64,000 bases of DNA, taken from the sequence record SRR20825010_130. One strand, given 5' to 3'. The notes under the pieces were generated by a model that saw only the letters and a list, made by a program, of their open reading frames with translations, was not told the origin of the DNA and did no database searches. Positions within the stretch are counted from its first letter, which is position 1. Each line of letters opens with the position of its first letter. Shown here one piece after another: positions 1 to 9,700 of this stretch. The translations under genes were made by a program, and so were the position numbers.

Positions 1-131
1 TTCAAACACCAAGCCCCAGAGGGGCGGCCTGAATACATGGAAACTGAGAAGGAATATAAAGCCATCATTCCATAAAAAAAGCAAAGCTCTGGTTGCGTAG
101 AGCTCGTTAGCCAAACTTGATATACGGTACA

Positions 132-168
132 AAAAATGAGCTGCCTTAATCAAAGCAGCTCATTTTTT
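132..168. terminator. Bidirectional intrinsic terminator
   Basis: aaaaaatgagctgcctt-aatc-aaagcagctcatttttt hairpin with A and T tails, just downstream of ORF 195..719. Confidence 0.75.
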
Positions 169-194
169 ATGTTAAAATAGCATTTACTAAAAAA

Positions 195-719
195 TCAACT
201 TCCAGTACTTTGCCTAATCTTGGTAATAATATTTGTGCTAGGGTTGTATTCAACAACAATTACAGATTCACTCAGCCCAAACCTCAGAACAACCCCATCG
301 TTATTATGGTTTACCCGATTCGCATAAGAATTTGGAAAAGCTGATTGTAGTGTGTTTATATTTTCACCAGGTTTGATGTACACCAAATGACCTACCTTAC
401 CAATATAGAAAAGGTTACTATAAATTTTGAATAGTCTTAAACCACTATCTTCGAAGGTAAACGTTACATCGTTGCCATAATGGTATTCAGTTACCGTAAT
501 ATCCTCCATTTCCCAGTACTTAGTGTTGGTACTCGAATACGAGCCAAAAGCCGTAACCATATCTTGTGCGGTACTGCCATAAGTAATATTATTGGTCATT
601 GCCAACCCAGTTTTTCTGATTATTACATGGGTTGGGTCTATTACATCATCAGTAACAGACTGAGAAAATGCCTCAAATGTTGGCAAGAGAATGAATAAAA
701 TGATAATTATATTTTTCAC
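195..719 (-). CDS. Hypothetical secreted protein
   Basis: 174-aa ORF with N-terminal signal peptide (MKNIIIILFILLPTFEAFSQ); no recognised domain. Confidence 0.7.
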   Translation of the reverse strand: MKNIIIILFILLPTFEAFSQSVTDDVIDPTHVIIRKTGLAMTNNITYGSTAQDMVTAFGSYSSTNTKYWEMEDITVTEYHYGNDVTFTFEDSGLRLFKIYSNLFYIGKVGHLVYIKPGENINTLQSAFPNSYANRVNHNNDGVVLRFGLSESVIVVEYNPSTNIITKIRQSTGS

Positions 720-918
720 GGTTGCTTTTTAATTGTTACTGTTCGGGAGCTTTCTTCTTAACACGGACAAGTTTATGTGGTTCTAATTTCGTTTTTAAAA
801 GTAGAAAGTCAAGAATTGTATTGGTCGGGTGGAGCACCTTTGGCCAAACGAATTTCGGAATAAAGGAACTAATGTGTTAACGGAGGCCTTCCTCTTATTA
901 ATATTTTTAATTTTGTCC

Positions 919-1620
919 GTGAACGAACAGGTGAGGCCGAACATCAAAGTAGTAATACCCGCTTACAACGAAGAGCAATCTATCGCGCATGTGATTTCTG
1001 ATATTCCAAAAGACTGGGTGAAGGAAATTATTGTGGTGAACAACGGTTCTACCGATAAGACTGCTGAAGTCGCTGCAAACGCGGGTGCTACCGTACTTCA
1101 TCAGCCCAAAGCGGGATATGGAAATGCTTGCTTAATGGGCATTGAATACTTAAAAGACCCAAGCAAAAGCCCCGATATTTTGGTGTTTATGGATGGCGAT
1201 TATTCCGACTATCCACAACAATTACCAGAAGTTGCAGGGCCTATTGTAAAAGGTGAAGCAGATTTCGTAATTGGCTCTAGGGCTTTGGGAAATCGTGAAG
1301 GAGGCTCAATGACCTTTCCACAAGTATTTGGGAATTGGCTGGCCACTTCGATGATGAAATGGTTTTATAAAGTTAATTATACCGACCTTGGCCCTTTCCG
1401 CGCCATCGCATTTCCTCAATTGGTGGCGCTCGACATGAAGGACAAAACCTACGGTTGGACGGTAGAGATGCAATTGAAGGCCGCAAAGCAGAAATTACGA
1501 ATAACAGAAGTGCCGGTAAACTATAAAAAGCGAATTGGGGTTAGCAAGGTGTCTGGTACTGTAAAAGGCACCGTAATGGCAGGCTATAAGATTATCTTTA
1601 CCATATTTAAATACCTATAA
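919..1620 (+). CDS. Glycosyltransferase family 2 (DPM synthase-like)
   Basis: VVIPAYNEE, VVNNGSTD, FMDGD motifs; start moved to GTG 919 downstream of a TAATTTTG promoter-like motif (ORF track 829). Confidence 0.9.
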   Translation: MNEQVRPNIKVVIPAYNEEQSIAHVISDIPKDWVKEIIVVNNGSTDKTAEVAANAGATVLHQPKAGYGNACLMGIEYLKDPSKSPDILVFMDGDYSDYPQQLPEVAGPIVKGEADFVIGSRALGNREGGSMTFPQVFGNWLATSMMKWFYKVNYTDLGPFRAIAFPQLVALDMKDKTYGWTVEMQLKAAKQKLRITEVPVNYKKRIGVSKVSGTVKGTVMAGYKIIFTIFKYL

Positions 1621-3108
1621 ATGTATTGGCTGGAGCTGATCATATTAACATTATACACTGGAGCGCTGTCGTTTATTTTTGTCTACAGCATTTCACAGCT
1701 GAACCTTGTTTACAAGTATCGCAAGGCGAAAAGAAAGAACTTACTTCCTCAAACCCCAATCATCCCTGCCGACTATCAGCATCCAGTTGTTACAGTTCAA
1801 TTACCCGTTTACAACGAATTGTATGTAGTGGAAAGGCTGATCGATGCCGTAGCCTCACTCGATTGGCCAAAAGAAAAACTGGAAATTCAAGTGTTGGACG
1901 ATTCCAATGACGAGACCGTTGATTTGATCGCAGCGAAAGTAGACGATTGGCAAACCAAAGGAATTGACATTACACAAGTGAGAAGGCCCGAACGCAAAGG
2001 CTTTAAGGCAGGTGCTTTGCAATATGGAATGAAGATCGCCAAAGGGGAATTCATTGCTATTTTTGATTCGGATTTTGTTCCAGAAAAAGACTTCCTGAAA
2101 AATACAGTGCCACACTTTGCGCATGACGAAAAAATTGGAGTGGTCCAAAGTCGTTGGGGGCACATCAATGAGAATTACTCCATGCTGACCAAACTCCAGG
2201 CCTTTGGCTTGAACACACATTTCTTCGTAGAACAAAATGGCCGTTCAAGCGGAGGGCACTTCCTTAACTTTAACGGAACTGCTGGCGTATGGAGAAAAAC
2301 CTGTATTACTGATGCTGGAGGCTGGAAAGCCGATACGCTAACCGAAGATTTAGATTTGAGTTACCGTGCCCAACTTAAGGGCTGGCAAATTTTCTATGTG
2401 TCGAATACTGTGGCTCCTGCGGAACTTCCTGCGGCCATGAGCGCTATAAAATCACAGCAATACCGCTGGACAAAAGGAGCGGCTGAAACCAGCAAAAAGC
2501 TGCTTCCACAAGTACTTCGCTCTAACCTTTCTTTCGGAACGAAATTTCATGCGGCTTTCCATTTATTGAACTCTGCAATTTTCATTTGCATCGTGGTGAC
2601 GGCCATGCTGAGTGTACCTGTTTTGTTCATTCGTAACCTATCCACAGGCTGGGTAACCCTGCTGAATATTTCTAGTATTTTCTTATTGGGTTATATCTTC
2701 TTGGTCATTTTCTATTGGAATGGTTTTAAAGAAAAGCGCGAAGGTTTCTGGAAAACGTTGAAAGACTTTGTACCTCAAATGTTCATGCTGCTTTCAGTCT
2801 TTCTAGGCTTAAGCTTCCATAATGCTGTGGCCGTTTTTGAAGGTTGGATTGGAAAGAAAACCCCTTTTGTACGTACCCCAAAATTCAACATTACAAGTAA
2901 AAAAGAGGGTTGGAAAGGCAACAAATACTTTGTGAAGAAAATCAATCCGCTAACCGTGGTAGAAGGCTTGCTTTCGCTCTATTTTATGGCGGGTTTGGGC
3001 TTGGCCTTTTACTTTCAGGATTTTGCTTTACTCCCTTTTCATATTTTGCTTAGCTTAGGCTTTCTGTTGGTATTCTATTATACCGTGCAGCATACGCGAA
3101 ATGCCTGA
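1621..3108 (+). CDS. Membrane GT2 glycosyltransferase (cellulose synthase/CslA-like)
   Basis: VTVQLPVYNE, DDS, GFKAGAL, FDSD, TEDLD, QQYRW motifs; C-terminal TM helices. Confidence 0.92.
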   Translation: MYWLELIILTLYTGALSFIFVYSISQLNLVYKYRKAKRKNLLPQTPIIPADYQHPVVTVQLPVYNELYVVERLIDAVASLDWPKEKLEIQVLDDSNDETVDLIAAKVDDWQTKGIDITQVRRPERKGFKAGALQYGMKIAKGEFIAIFDSDFVPEKDFLKNTVPHFAHDEKIGVVQSRWGHINENYSMLTKLQAFGLNTHFFVEQNGRSSGGHFLNFNGTAGVWRKTCITDAGGWKADTLTEDLDLSYRAQLKGWQIFYVSNTVAPAELPAAMSAIKSQQYRWTKGAAETSKKLLPQVLRSNLSFGTKFHAAFHLLNSAIFICIVVTAMLSVPVLFIRNLSTGWVTLLNISSIFLLGYIFLVIFYWNGFKEKREGFWKTLKDFVPQMFMLLSVFLGLSFHNAVAVFEGWIGKKTPFVRTPKFNITSKKEGWKGNKYFVKKINPLTVVEGLLSLYFMAGLGLAFYFQDFALLPFHILLSLGFLLVFYYTVQHTRNA

Positions 3109-4408
3109 AAACAATAACCGACTTTCATTTGCCTACATTCTATATGCTCTGCTCATTCTTGTGGCGGGCTATTACTTAGATCGTGCGCTGACCATTCCCT
3201 TGCTATCGTCCTTCATGTTGATGGCCGCAGCCATGATTTACATTATGCGCTGCACGCAAGAACGAGAGGCAGATTTGCCCTTTTACTGGGCCATGTTGCT
3301 TCGGCTGCTTTTGCTCTTTTCCATTCCTGGTTTGTCTGATGATGTGTACCGTTTTATTTGGGATGGCCGATTGCTGACGCAAATGGTCGATCCATATAAA
3401 GAGCTCCCTACCACATATTTAGTGCAAGGCATCGAAGGCATTAATATTGGTTTATTTGCCAAGCTTAATTCCCCCGAATATTTCTCGGTGTATCCGCCTT
3501 TCAATCAGGTGTTTTTCTTCCTGTCTGCTTTGCTTAGCCCGGGTTCAGAATTTTGGTCTATTGTTATTTTACGCGTGATCATTCTGGCCTTTGAGTTTGG
3601 AAATATTCGTTTGATCAGAAAGCTATTGCGCCATTACGGTTTGCCTGAAAGGTATGGCCTTTTCTATGCGCTTAACCCCATGGTAATTCTGGAACTCACA
3701 GGCAATTTGCATTTCGAAGCCATCATGATTTTCTTCTTGCTTTTGGCCTTGTGGAATTATGAACAGAAGAAGTTTCATCAGTCGGCCATTTGGTTTGGGC
3801 TCTCAGTAGCAACAAAGTTTTTACCGCTGATTTTCCTTCCCCTGCTGATCCGAAAAATTGGCTTTAAGAAGACCATGATCTACGGCCTTATTGTGGCTGG
3901 AGTGCTTATTATTTCTTTCCTTCCATTGATCAACACGGCTCATATTTGGGCGATAAAAGACAGTTTAGAGCTTTATTTCCAGAAATTCGAATTCAATGGC
4001 AGCATCTATTATTTAGCACGTTGGTATGGTTTTGAAACCGAGGGACACAACATCATAGCGCAATCGGGAAAATGGATGATGGCGGCTACATTTATTGGTA
4101 TTGTGTTGTATTCCCTTTTGCCGTCAAAAAAAGAACTGCCTGTACGAATGCTCTGGGTTTGGACGATCTATTTGCTCTTCGCCACCACAGTGCATCCATG
4201 GTACGCCATTCCTTTGCTGGCCATTAGTGTGTTTACCGAAAAGCGATTTGCCTTTTTATGGACACTGCTCATTTTCTTTACCTACGCCAACTACCTTGGG
4301 GGTGAATATTTTGAATGGATTGAAATCGTAATTATTGAATACAGTGTAGTTGCTATTTTTGCGATTTATGAAGCCACAGGCCGCTCATTGCAAAGGTGGT
4401 TTTTTTGA
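3101..4408 (+). CDS. Polytopic GT-C glycosyltransferase (GT87/mannosyltransferase-like)
   Basis: SDDVYRFIWDG, YPP, HPWY motifs and many TM segments; overlaps upstream stop. Confidence 0.8.
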   Translation: MPENNNRLSFAYILYALLILVAGYYLDRALTIPLLSSFMLMAAAMIYIMRCTQEREADLPFYWAMLLRLLLLFSIPGLSDDVYRFIWDGRLLTQMVDPYKELPTTYLVQGIEGINIGLFAKLNSPEYFSVYPPFNQVFFFLSALLSPGSEFWSIVILRVIILAFEFGNIRLIRKLLRHYGLPERYGLFYALNPMVILELTGNLHFEAIMIFFLLLALWNYEQKKFHQSAIWFGLSVATKFLPLIFLPLLIRKIGFKKTMIYGLIVAGVLIISFLPLINTAHIWAIKDSLELYFQKFEFNGSIYYLARWYGFETEGHNIIAQSGKWMMAATFIGIVLYSLLPSKKELPVRMLWVWTIYLLFATTVHPWYAIPLLAISVFTEKRFAFLWTLLIFFTYANYLGGEYFEWIEIVIIEYSVVAIFAIYEATGRSLQRWFF

Positions 4409-4434
4409 CGCCAAGGATTACTAAATTGGCATCA

Positions 4435-5286
4435 ATGTTCAGGCACCTTTCCCTCATTTGTGTTTTTCTTTTGCTTAGTTTCTTGGCCAAAGGTCAAGAG
4501 GGTTTTAGGGTGATTATGTCTTCTGGAAAAAACTACAAAAAGACGGAAAAGGGGTATTTTGAACTAAAAAACGGAACACCTCTGAGCAAAAAAGATCAGA
4601 TTGAAGTGCTACCCAACGGCTTGGTCATTTTGATGGATAGTGAAGGGCGGTTATTAGAAATTGAACTCGAAGGCCAGTATAATATGGCCACGCTTGATCT
4701 TACAGGGCTTTCCTCTCCTTCAGCATTGATTTATGAGGAATGGGAGAGGTTTTATAACCCAAAGCGAACCTTAGAAGCTTGGCCCCCGAACAACTACATT
4801 AAAGAACCATCGAGCTTTGTTGACCTCCACCTGAATTTCCCTTCTTCAACAGAAGTATACGGAAGGTACATTCAACTTGATTGGGCAGACATTAATGATC
4901 AATATCAAGTAAGGTTTTGGAGCGAATATGATAAGATTTTTGAAACTCACGATGTTGATTCTACTCAATTCAAGATTGACCTTCTGAGCAGTAGCTTGGC
5001 ATTTAAAGACATCTTTGGGGTGGAAGTATTTGCCAAGAACAGTAAAAGATCTACAGGAGTATATTTCTTAGATAAGCTTTCTCCGCCCGACAAAGAATTG
5101 CTCGATCAAGCTTTCCGTATTTTTCCTGATGAAGCGACTATGCTGACAGAATTGACCAAGGCCATAATGCTTGAAAATAGAGGCTTATTTGCCGATGCGG
5201 CCACGGCCTATCAAAACCTCATTAAGCAATACGGTGACTTGATGATTCCTTTCTATCAGTCTTATTTAGATCGGTTTGGATATTAA
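4435..5286 (+). CDS. Hypothetical secreted protein
   Basis: Signal peptide from ATG 4435 (MFRHLSLICVFLLLSFLAKGQ); ORF track starts at 4396. Confidence 0.7.
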   Translation: MFRHLSLICVFLLLSFLAKGQEGFRVIMSSGKNYKKTEKGYFELKNGTPLSKKDQIEVLPNGLVILMDSEGRLLEIELEGQYNMATLDLTGLSSPSALIYEEWERFYNPKRTLEAWPPNNYIKEPSSFVDLHLNFPSSTEVYGRYIQLDWADINDQYQVRFWSEYDKIFETHDVDSTQFKIDLLSSSLAFKDIFGVEVFAKNSKRSTGVYFLDKLSPPDKELLDQAFRIFPDEATMLTELTKAIMLENRGLFADAATAYQNLIKQYGDLMIPFYQSYLDRFGY

Positions 5287-5327
5287 GCTATTTTAGGGCT
5301 AAACAGGTGCTTTCGTTAATTTATACA

Positions 5328-5402
5328 GGTCTGACCTTCGGTGCCGACCTTGGAATGGCCCTTCTGTAATCGGTTGGTACCGAAGCGCAGACCGTTCCCT
5401 AA
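5328..5402. repeat. REP-like imperfect inverted repeat
   Basis: ggtctgaccttcggtgccgacc ... ggttggtaccgaagcgcagacc, about 22-bp arms, at the left edge of the accessory island. Confidence 0.5.
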
Positions 5403-5612
5403 AAGAAGATTGAGATTGCTTAACGTATTCTATAATTCATAGATGAAATTCTCTATGGAGAATTAATTCACCGAAAGCTCCGAAACATCGCACTACGCAA
5501 ATTCAATGATTTCCTTATCTCGCTTGTCCATTTCTTTAAATTATAGCTCACTCAGATAATGTTTATAGATCAAGACAGGAAGGTTTTAAGCTTGAAATGT
5601 TTTTCAGATGAG

Positions 5613-5729
5613 CTACAACGTCCAACTATCATCCCTGAGCTGGACTTTTCAAATTTCTACTAAAGTATCCGATTGCACTGGCCTTTGCAAATGCCTCAGG
5701 TTGCTCATGGATGATAGTGTTTGTTAGAT
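5613..5729 (-). repeat. attC-like recombination site (Abi cassette)
   Basis: Minus strand: ATCTAAC just after the Abi stop, arms actatcatccatgagc / gctcagggatgatagt (15/16 complementary), ending GTTGTAG. Confidence 0.85.
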
Positions 5730-5732
5730 GCT

Positions 5733-6413
5733 CTAAATGTTGTTTATCTGATCGATTTTTGTGTTAATTCCGTTGAAATATTCAGCATAAGTTGATAAAT
5801 CTGAGTCAATCCAAGAAAGCATTTCAAATATTTCATCGCGTATATCTTCAGCCTGACTAAAGTCGATGTTCGGGCCGTTGAAGCAAATAGGTTCATTGTG
5901 ATATACACGATTTCTAAATTCTCTTATCCTATTTAATTTCTGAGAGATGACGCTTCTATTTACGTTATTAGGTTTGTTCGGAAAGCAATGGATTATAACT
6001 CCTCCAATTAATCTGTAATGATGAGTTTCGAATAATGATGTCCAAAACCCAAATGATTGTTCAGATATGACCTTCCCAGAAGAAATAGCACCTCCTTTTC
6101 TTCTTATTGTTCTTTCGGCCTTTTCCACGGAATTTTTCAAAAAGAATTTTGAGTGCCTTAGTGAATTATCGTTCATAAACCCGTGTTTTTCCGAAACTAT
6201 CCAATTAGGGTTGGCAAAATGCGAGGTGATTTGGTAATTCACGGTATTCCGTATGAAAATTTCGAAAAGGTTGAGGATTGGATAAAAAGCTTGACTTACT
6301 CTGAGATTAATTCTGTAAAGTTGTTGAGCCTTAGATTTGGAATTCCCAGCGGCTATCAAAAACCTCTGGATTCTTGGTTGCGAGATAAAATATTCAAGTT
6401 TGCTGTATTCCAA
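5733..6413 (-). CDS. Abi-like (Abi_2/AbiF-AbiD family) HEPN RNase
   Basis: LFEIFIRN, SFGFWTSLF, RNRVYHNEPI (Rx4H) motifs. Confidence 0.85.
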   Translation of the reverse strand: MEYSKLEYFISQPRIQRFLIAAGNSKSKAQQLYRINLRVSQAFYPILNLFEIFIRNTVNYQITSHFANPNWIVSEKHGFMNDNSLRHSKFFLKNSVEKAERTIRRKGGAISSGKVISEQSFGFWTSLFETHHYRLIGGVIIHCFPNKPNNVNRSVISQKLNRIREFRNRVYHNEPICFNGPNIDFSQAEDIRDEIFEMLSWIDSDLSTYAEYFNGINTKIDQINNI

Positions 6414-6465
6414 ATTTTAGAGAATTAAGTAACAAAATGTAAATAGAGGTCGTATATTTACATCG

Positions 6466-6545
6466 TAATGCTTGATCAAGCCTCTTCCTTTGGAACGTAA
6501 TCAAGTTTAAGAAATCAGCCTCTGAGAAATCAGGGGCTTTTTTAT
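6466..6545 (+). ncRNA. Candidate small RNA divergent from the Abi gene (possible RNA antitoxin)
   Basis: TATATTTA -7-like motif at 6453, hairpin cttgat..ttcc-ttt-ggaa..atcaag, then terminator agcctctga-gaaa-tcaggggct-tttttt; no ORF. Confidence 0.5.
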
Positions 6546-6562
6546 TGCGTTTCTACGACTGC

Positions 6563-6693
6563 ATCTAACGTTTAGTATATGAAAAGTAGGCGATTACAAA
6601 ACTCTAAACTTTCGAGTAAGCACAAATTTTGATACGAGCCTAAAGCCTTGATTTTACTACAGTTCCGCCTATTTTTTATATACATTGTTGTGT
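6563..6693 (-). repeat. attC-like recombination site (1146-aa cassette)
   Basis: Minus strand: ACACAAC-aatgtatataaaaaataggcgg ... cgcctacttttcatatactaaac-GTTAGAT; starts 16 nt after the stop. Confidence 0.85.
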
Positions 6694-6709
6694 TTTCGTG
6701 CTTTTTTAA

Positions 6710-9700
6710 TTAGTTATTGCTCTGGAAATCAAATCCAATATCTTTAAATCGGTCGATTTTATCTTGTGACAAATTCCCTTGTTTAAAATGTCGTTTTTGG
6801 GCATTGAACCAATTGTTAAGTGATTGATAAAACTTTGTTGAAGGAACCTTAAAATGACCAAGTTCTTTATTGAAAGCATCTAGCTCTTTGAGTTTCACTT
6901 CGAAGCTTACATCTTGTGGAAACCAAATAAATTCAAGTTTTTCAAGTAGTTCAATTTTATCCTGCTTTAATATTTTATTTCTGTAGTTCTGTCTTTGTTT
7001 AAAGCACCATGTACCTAAATATGGGTTTTCGGGAAATATGACAGGAATGTTAGAGCTACCATTTTTTTCATAATGCTCTTTAAGTAAAGTATACATGTTT
7101 AACCATTGCGTTTCATTAGGATTCCAATCAAAACCTATTTCATCTAGTTTTTCAACTTGCTGTTTTGATAAACTCTCCTTAATTGCACGTTGTCTCACAA
7201 CCCATGTACCAAGGGCAACATCTTTATACTTTGTTCTTGCAGGTACATCAGTAGTTGAGTTGCTCAATTTATATTGTACTAATAAACCGTAATTCTTTAA
7301 CCACTCCTTGTAAAAATTCTCTCTTCTAGCTGCAATGCCATTATCGCCTGATATAGTTTTTGCTCTGGTTCTCTTTTTTGATTTTCTCTTCGGTTTCTCT
7401 TCTTGGGAGCTTTTTTCAAATGATGCAGGGAAACCCGATTTTACCCAGTGGTTAAACCTAGCCCATGCAATAAGTTTAGTTGAATAAACTGTTCTAGTGC
7501 CTATAGATTTTGATTCACCAAAAAAATTGGGATACATTTCCATGAATTGTGCTGACGTACATGGAGATAGTGCGTAAACATCATGCACAAATTTCACTTT
7601 ATCTAACTGCAGAGATATTGTTGAGAGCTTTTTATAAAACTCATCTTTTGTTTTTAAAGCATGAAATGATTTGCCTAATGTGGTAAGTTGAAAAATCCCC
7701 TTTTTAAGCTCAATTATTTTCAAAATCCTAAAATCACGCAGAAACTCTTTATCAGCTTCTTTTACATCTAAGCCACTTTCGATAAAAACATTAAACATGT
7801 CAAAAGAGATAAAGGGATTGCTTCTTAGAAAAATCGTTTCCTTTTCCTTATCAAAGTTCTTTAATGCTTTCCCTTTTTGAGGTTCTACTATCTTGTGGCT
7901 AATGTCCAAGTCTAAGAACTTGAGCCAGTTAGCGAAATTGTTAGAATAGGTTCTCCAAGTCTTCTCTTTATGAGAAACACTCTTAAATATTTCTTGCAGA
8001 ATCTCTGAAATTTGAGAAATTTCAATCTGCTTAGTATCTAGCTCGGTTAATTTAGAGTAGGTTGAAAATTCTAACACCTTCTGTTTAATCAAGTGTTTGA
8101 AAGTAGTTTCTGTAATTTTCAACTTATCGGGAACCATGTAGATATCCTTACCAGGAACTTTCTTTACTAATTCGAAATTCCTTAACTCGATTAGTATATT
8201 CCCCAACGTTCCTTCTCCTATTCTTTTGTCCTGATTTTCAAGTAATGTTTTAAAACTTTGCTGTCTAGACTTTCTGAACGACAAAAAGACATCCATGCAT
8301 GCCTGTGCGCCTTGTTTAAATATGTAACCCCGCCTTATTAGGGGGATTTTGCCGCTTACTATGTAGTCTCTAAAAATGTCCCAATAAACGTTGTAATTAA
8401 AGCCTGAACGAATAATTAGACGTTTGTCAATAAGTGATTTAATCTCTTTGGATAATTTGTATTCAGTTATATCATTTTCATCAAATAGATTACCAGAGGC
8501 AGCTTTATTGGCCACAAGTTCAAGTGCTTTTTGTTCTTTCTGGACAACGTTTGACAAATCTGATTCGAACAATGTCTTGATGTTAAGATTATCATCAATT
8601 AAATCTTCAATGCTTTGTCCATTTTTTATTTGCTCGAATATGTGAATGCAAAGTTTCTTAATAAGCCATGGAAAGCCCTGACTGTTTTCAATTAGTCTGT
8701 TCTTTAAATCACTGCTTAATGCAATAGAGGAGTACTCTTTTACGGATTTCTCAAGCTGTTTTAGAATTCCATTGGTCTCATTTACTCCAAATTCGGGGAC
8801 AATAAATTCTAGTGATTGTTCTTTCGCCTGCTGAAACCAACCATATGAAGGTATATCTGGCTGAATGTAAAATTCAGACTTCCATGAAAAACCAACTAAT
8901 AAGTTCGTTTTACTTTCACTAACATCAGACAGAAATTTGTAGAAGTATTTGAAGATATCAGTTTTTCTAAAAACATCTTCAAATTGGTCAAATATGATAA
9001 TTAGTAGCTTATCCGATTTTTCTAAATAGTCAAGATATGACCTAACAAAATCTGAATCTAATAAACTAAAATTAGAGGTAAATTTTATATCTGAATAATC
9101 GAGGTCTTTACTTTCTATAAAACCTGATTCAAACGTTCTTTGGATAGTTTTTTGAAAAGCTTTCGCAACAAAGTTCTCGGTAATCGCACTGCGACAATCA
9201 AAAGCCACAGTGTGAAATCGTCTATTGTAATAATTTGTTTCACATGTTCCTTTTATTGCGTTTATAAGAGAACTTTTACCCCAACCAGAATTACCTTTTA
9301 AATAAAAAGCCCTTTTGTTTGTTTCCTTAGCTCTGATGCGTCTAAAAAAATTGAACAATTCAGATTTTAGAGTGTCCCTACCTACAAAATAATTAAAATG
9401 TGCAGGTTTGTAATCAAACCAGTCATCTCCAGATTGAACTTCTGCGACTATCTCAAAATCATCGAGTCTATTTGTTTTTTCTTCAGCACCTACTATATTA
9501 TTGGTGGTTGACTTTAGCTCTAATTTTTGTACTTCGGGGATTTTAGCCAGAATAGACTCAAGCTTAGTTATATCTTTAATTGATTTTCCAGATTGGGCAT
9601 CGAATACGTAAAAATAGGTCGGATAAGCAAGACTGTCTTGTCCAATATAAACTTGATAGTCACCTAAGTATGAGATAATAAGAAATTGTTGAGTGATATC

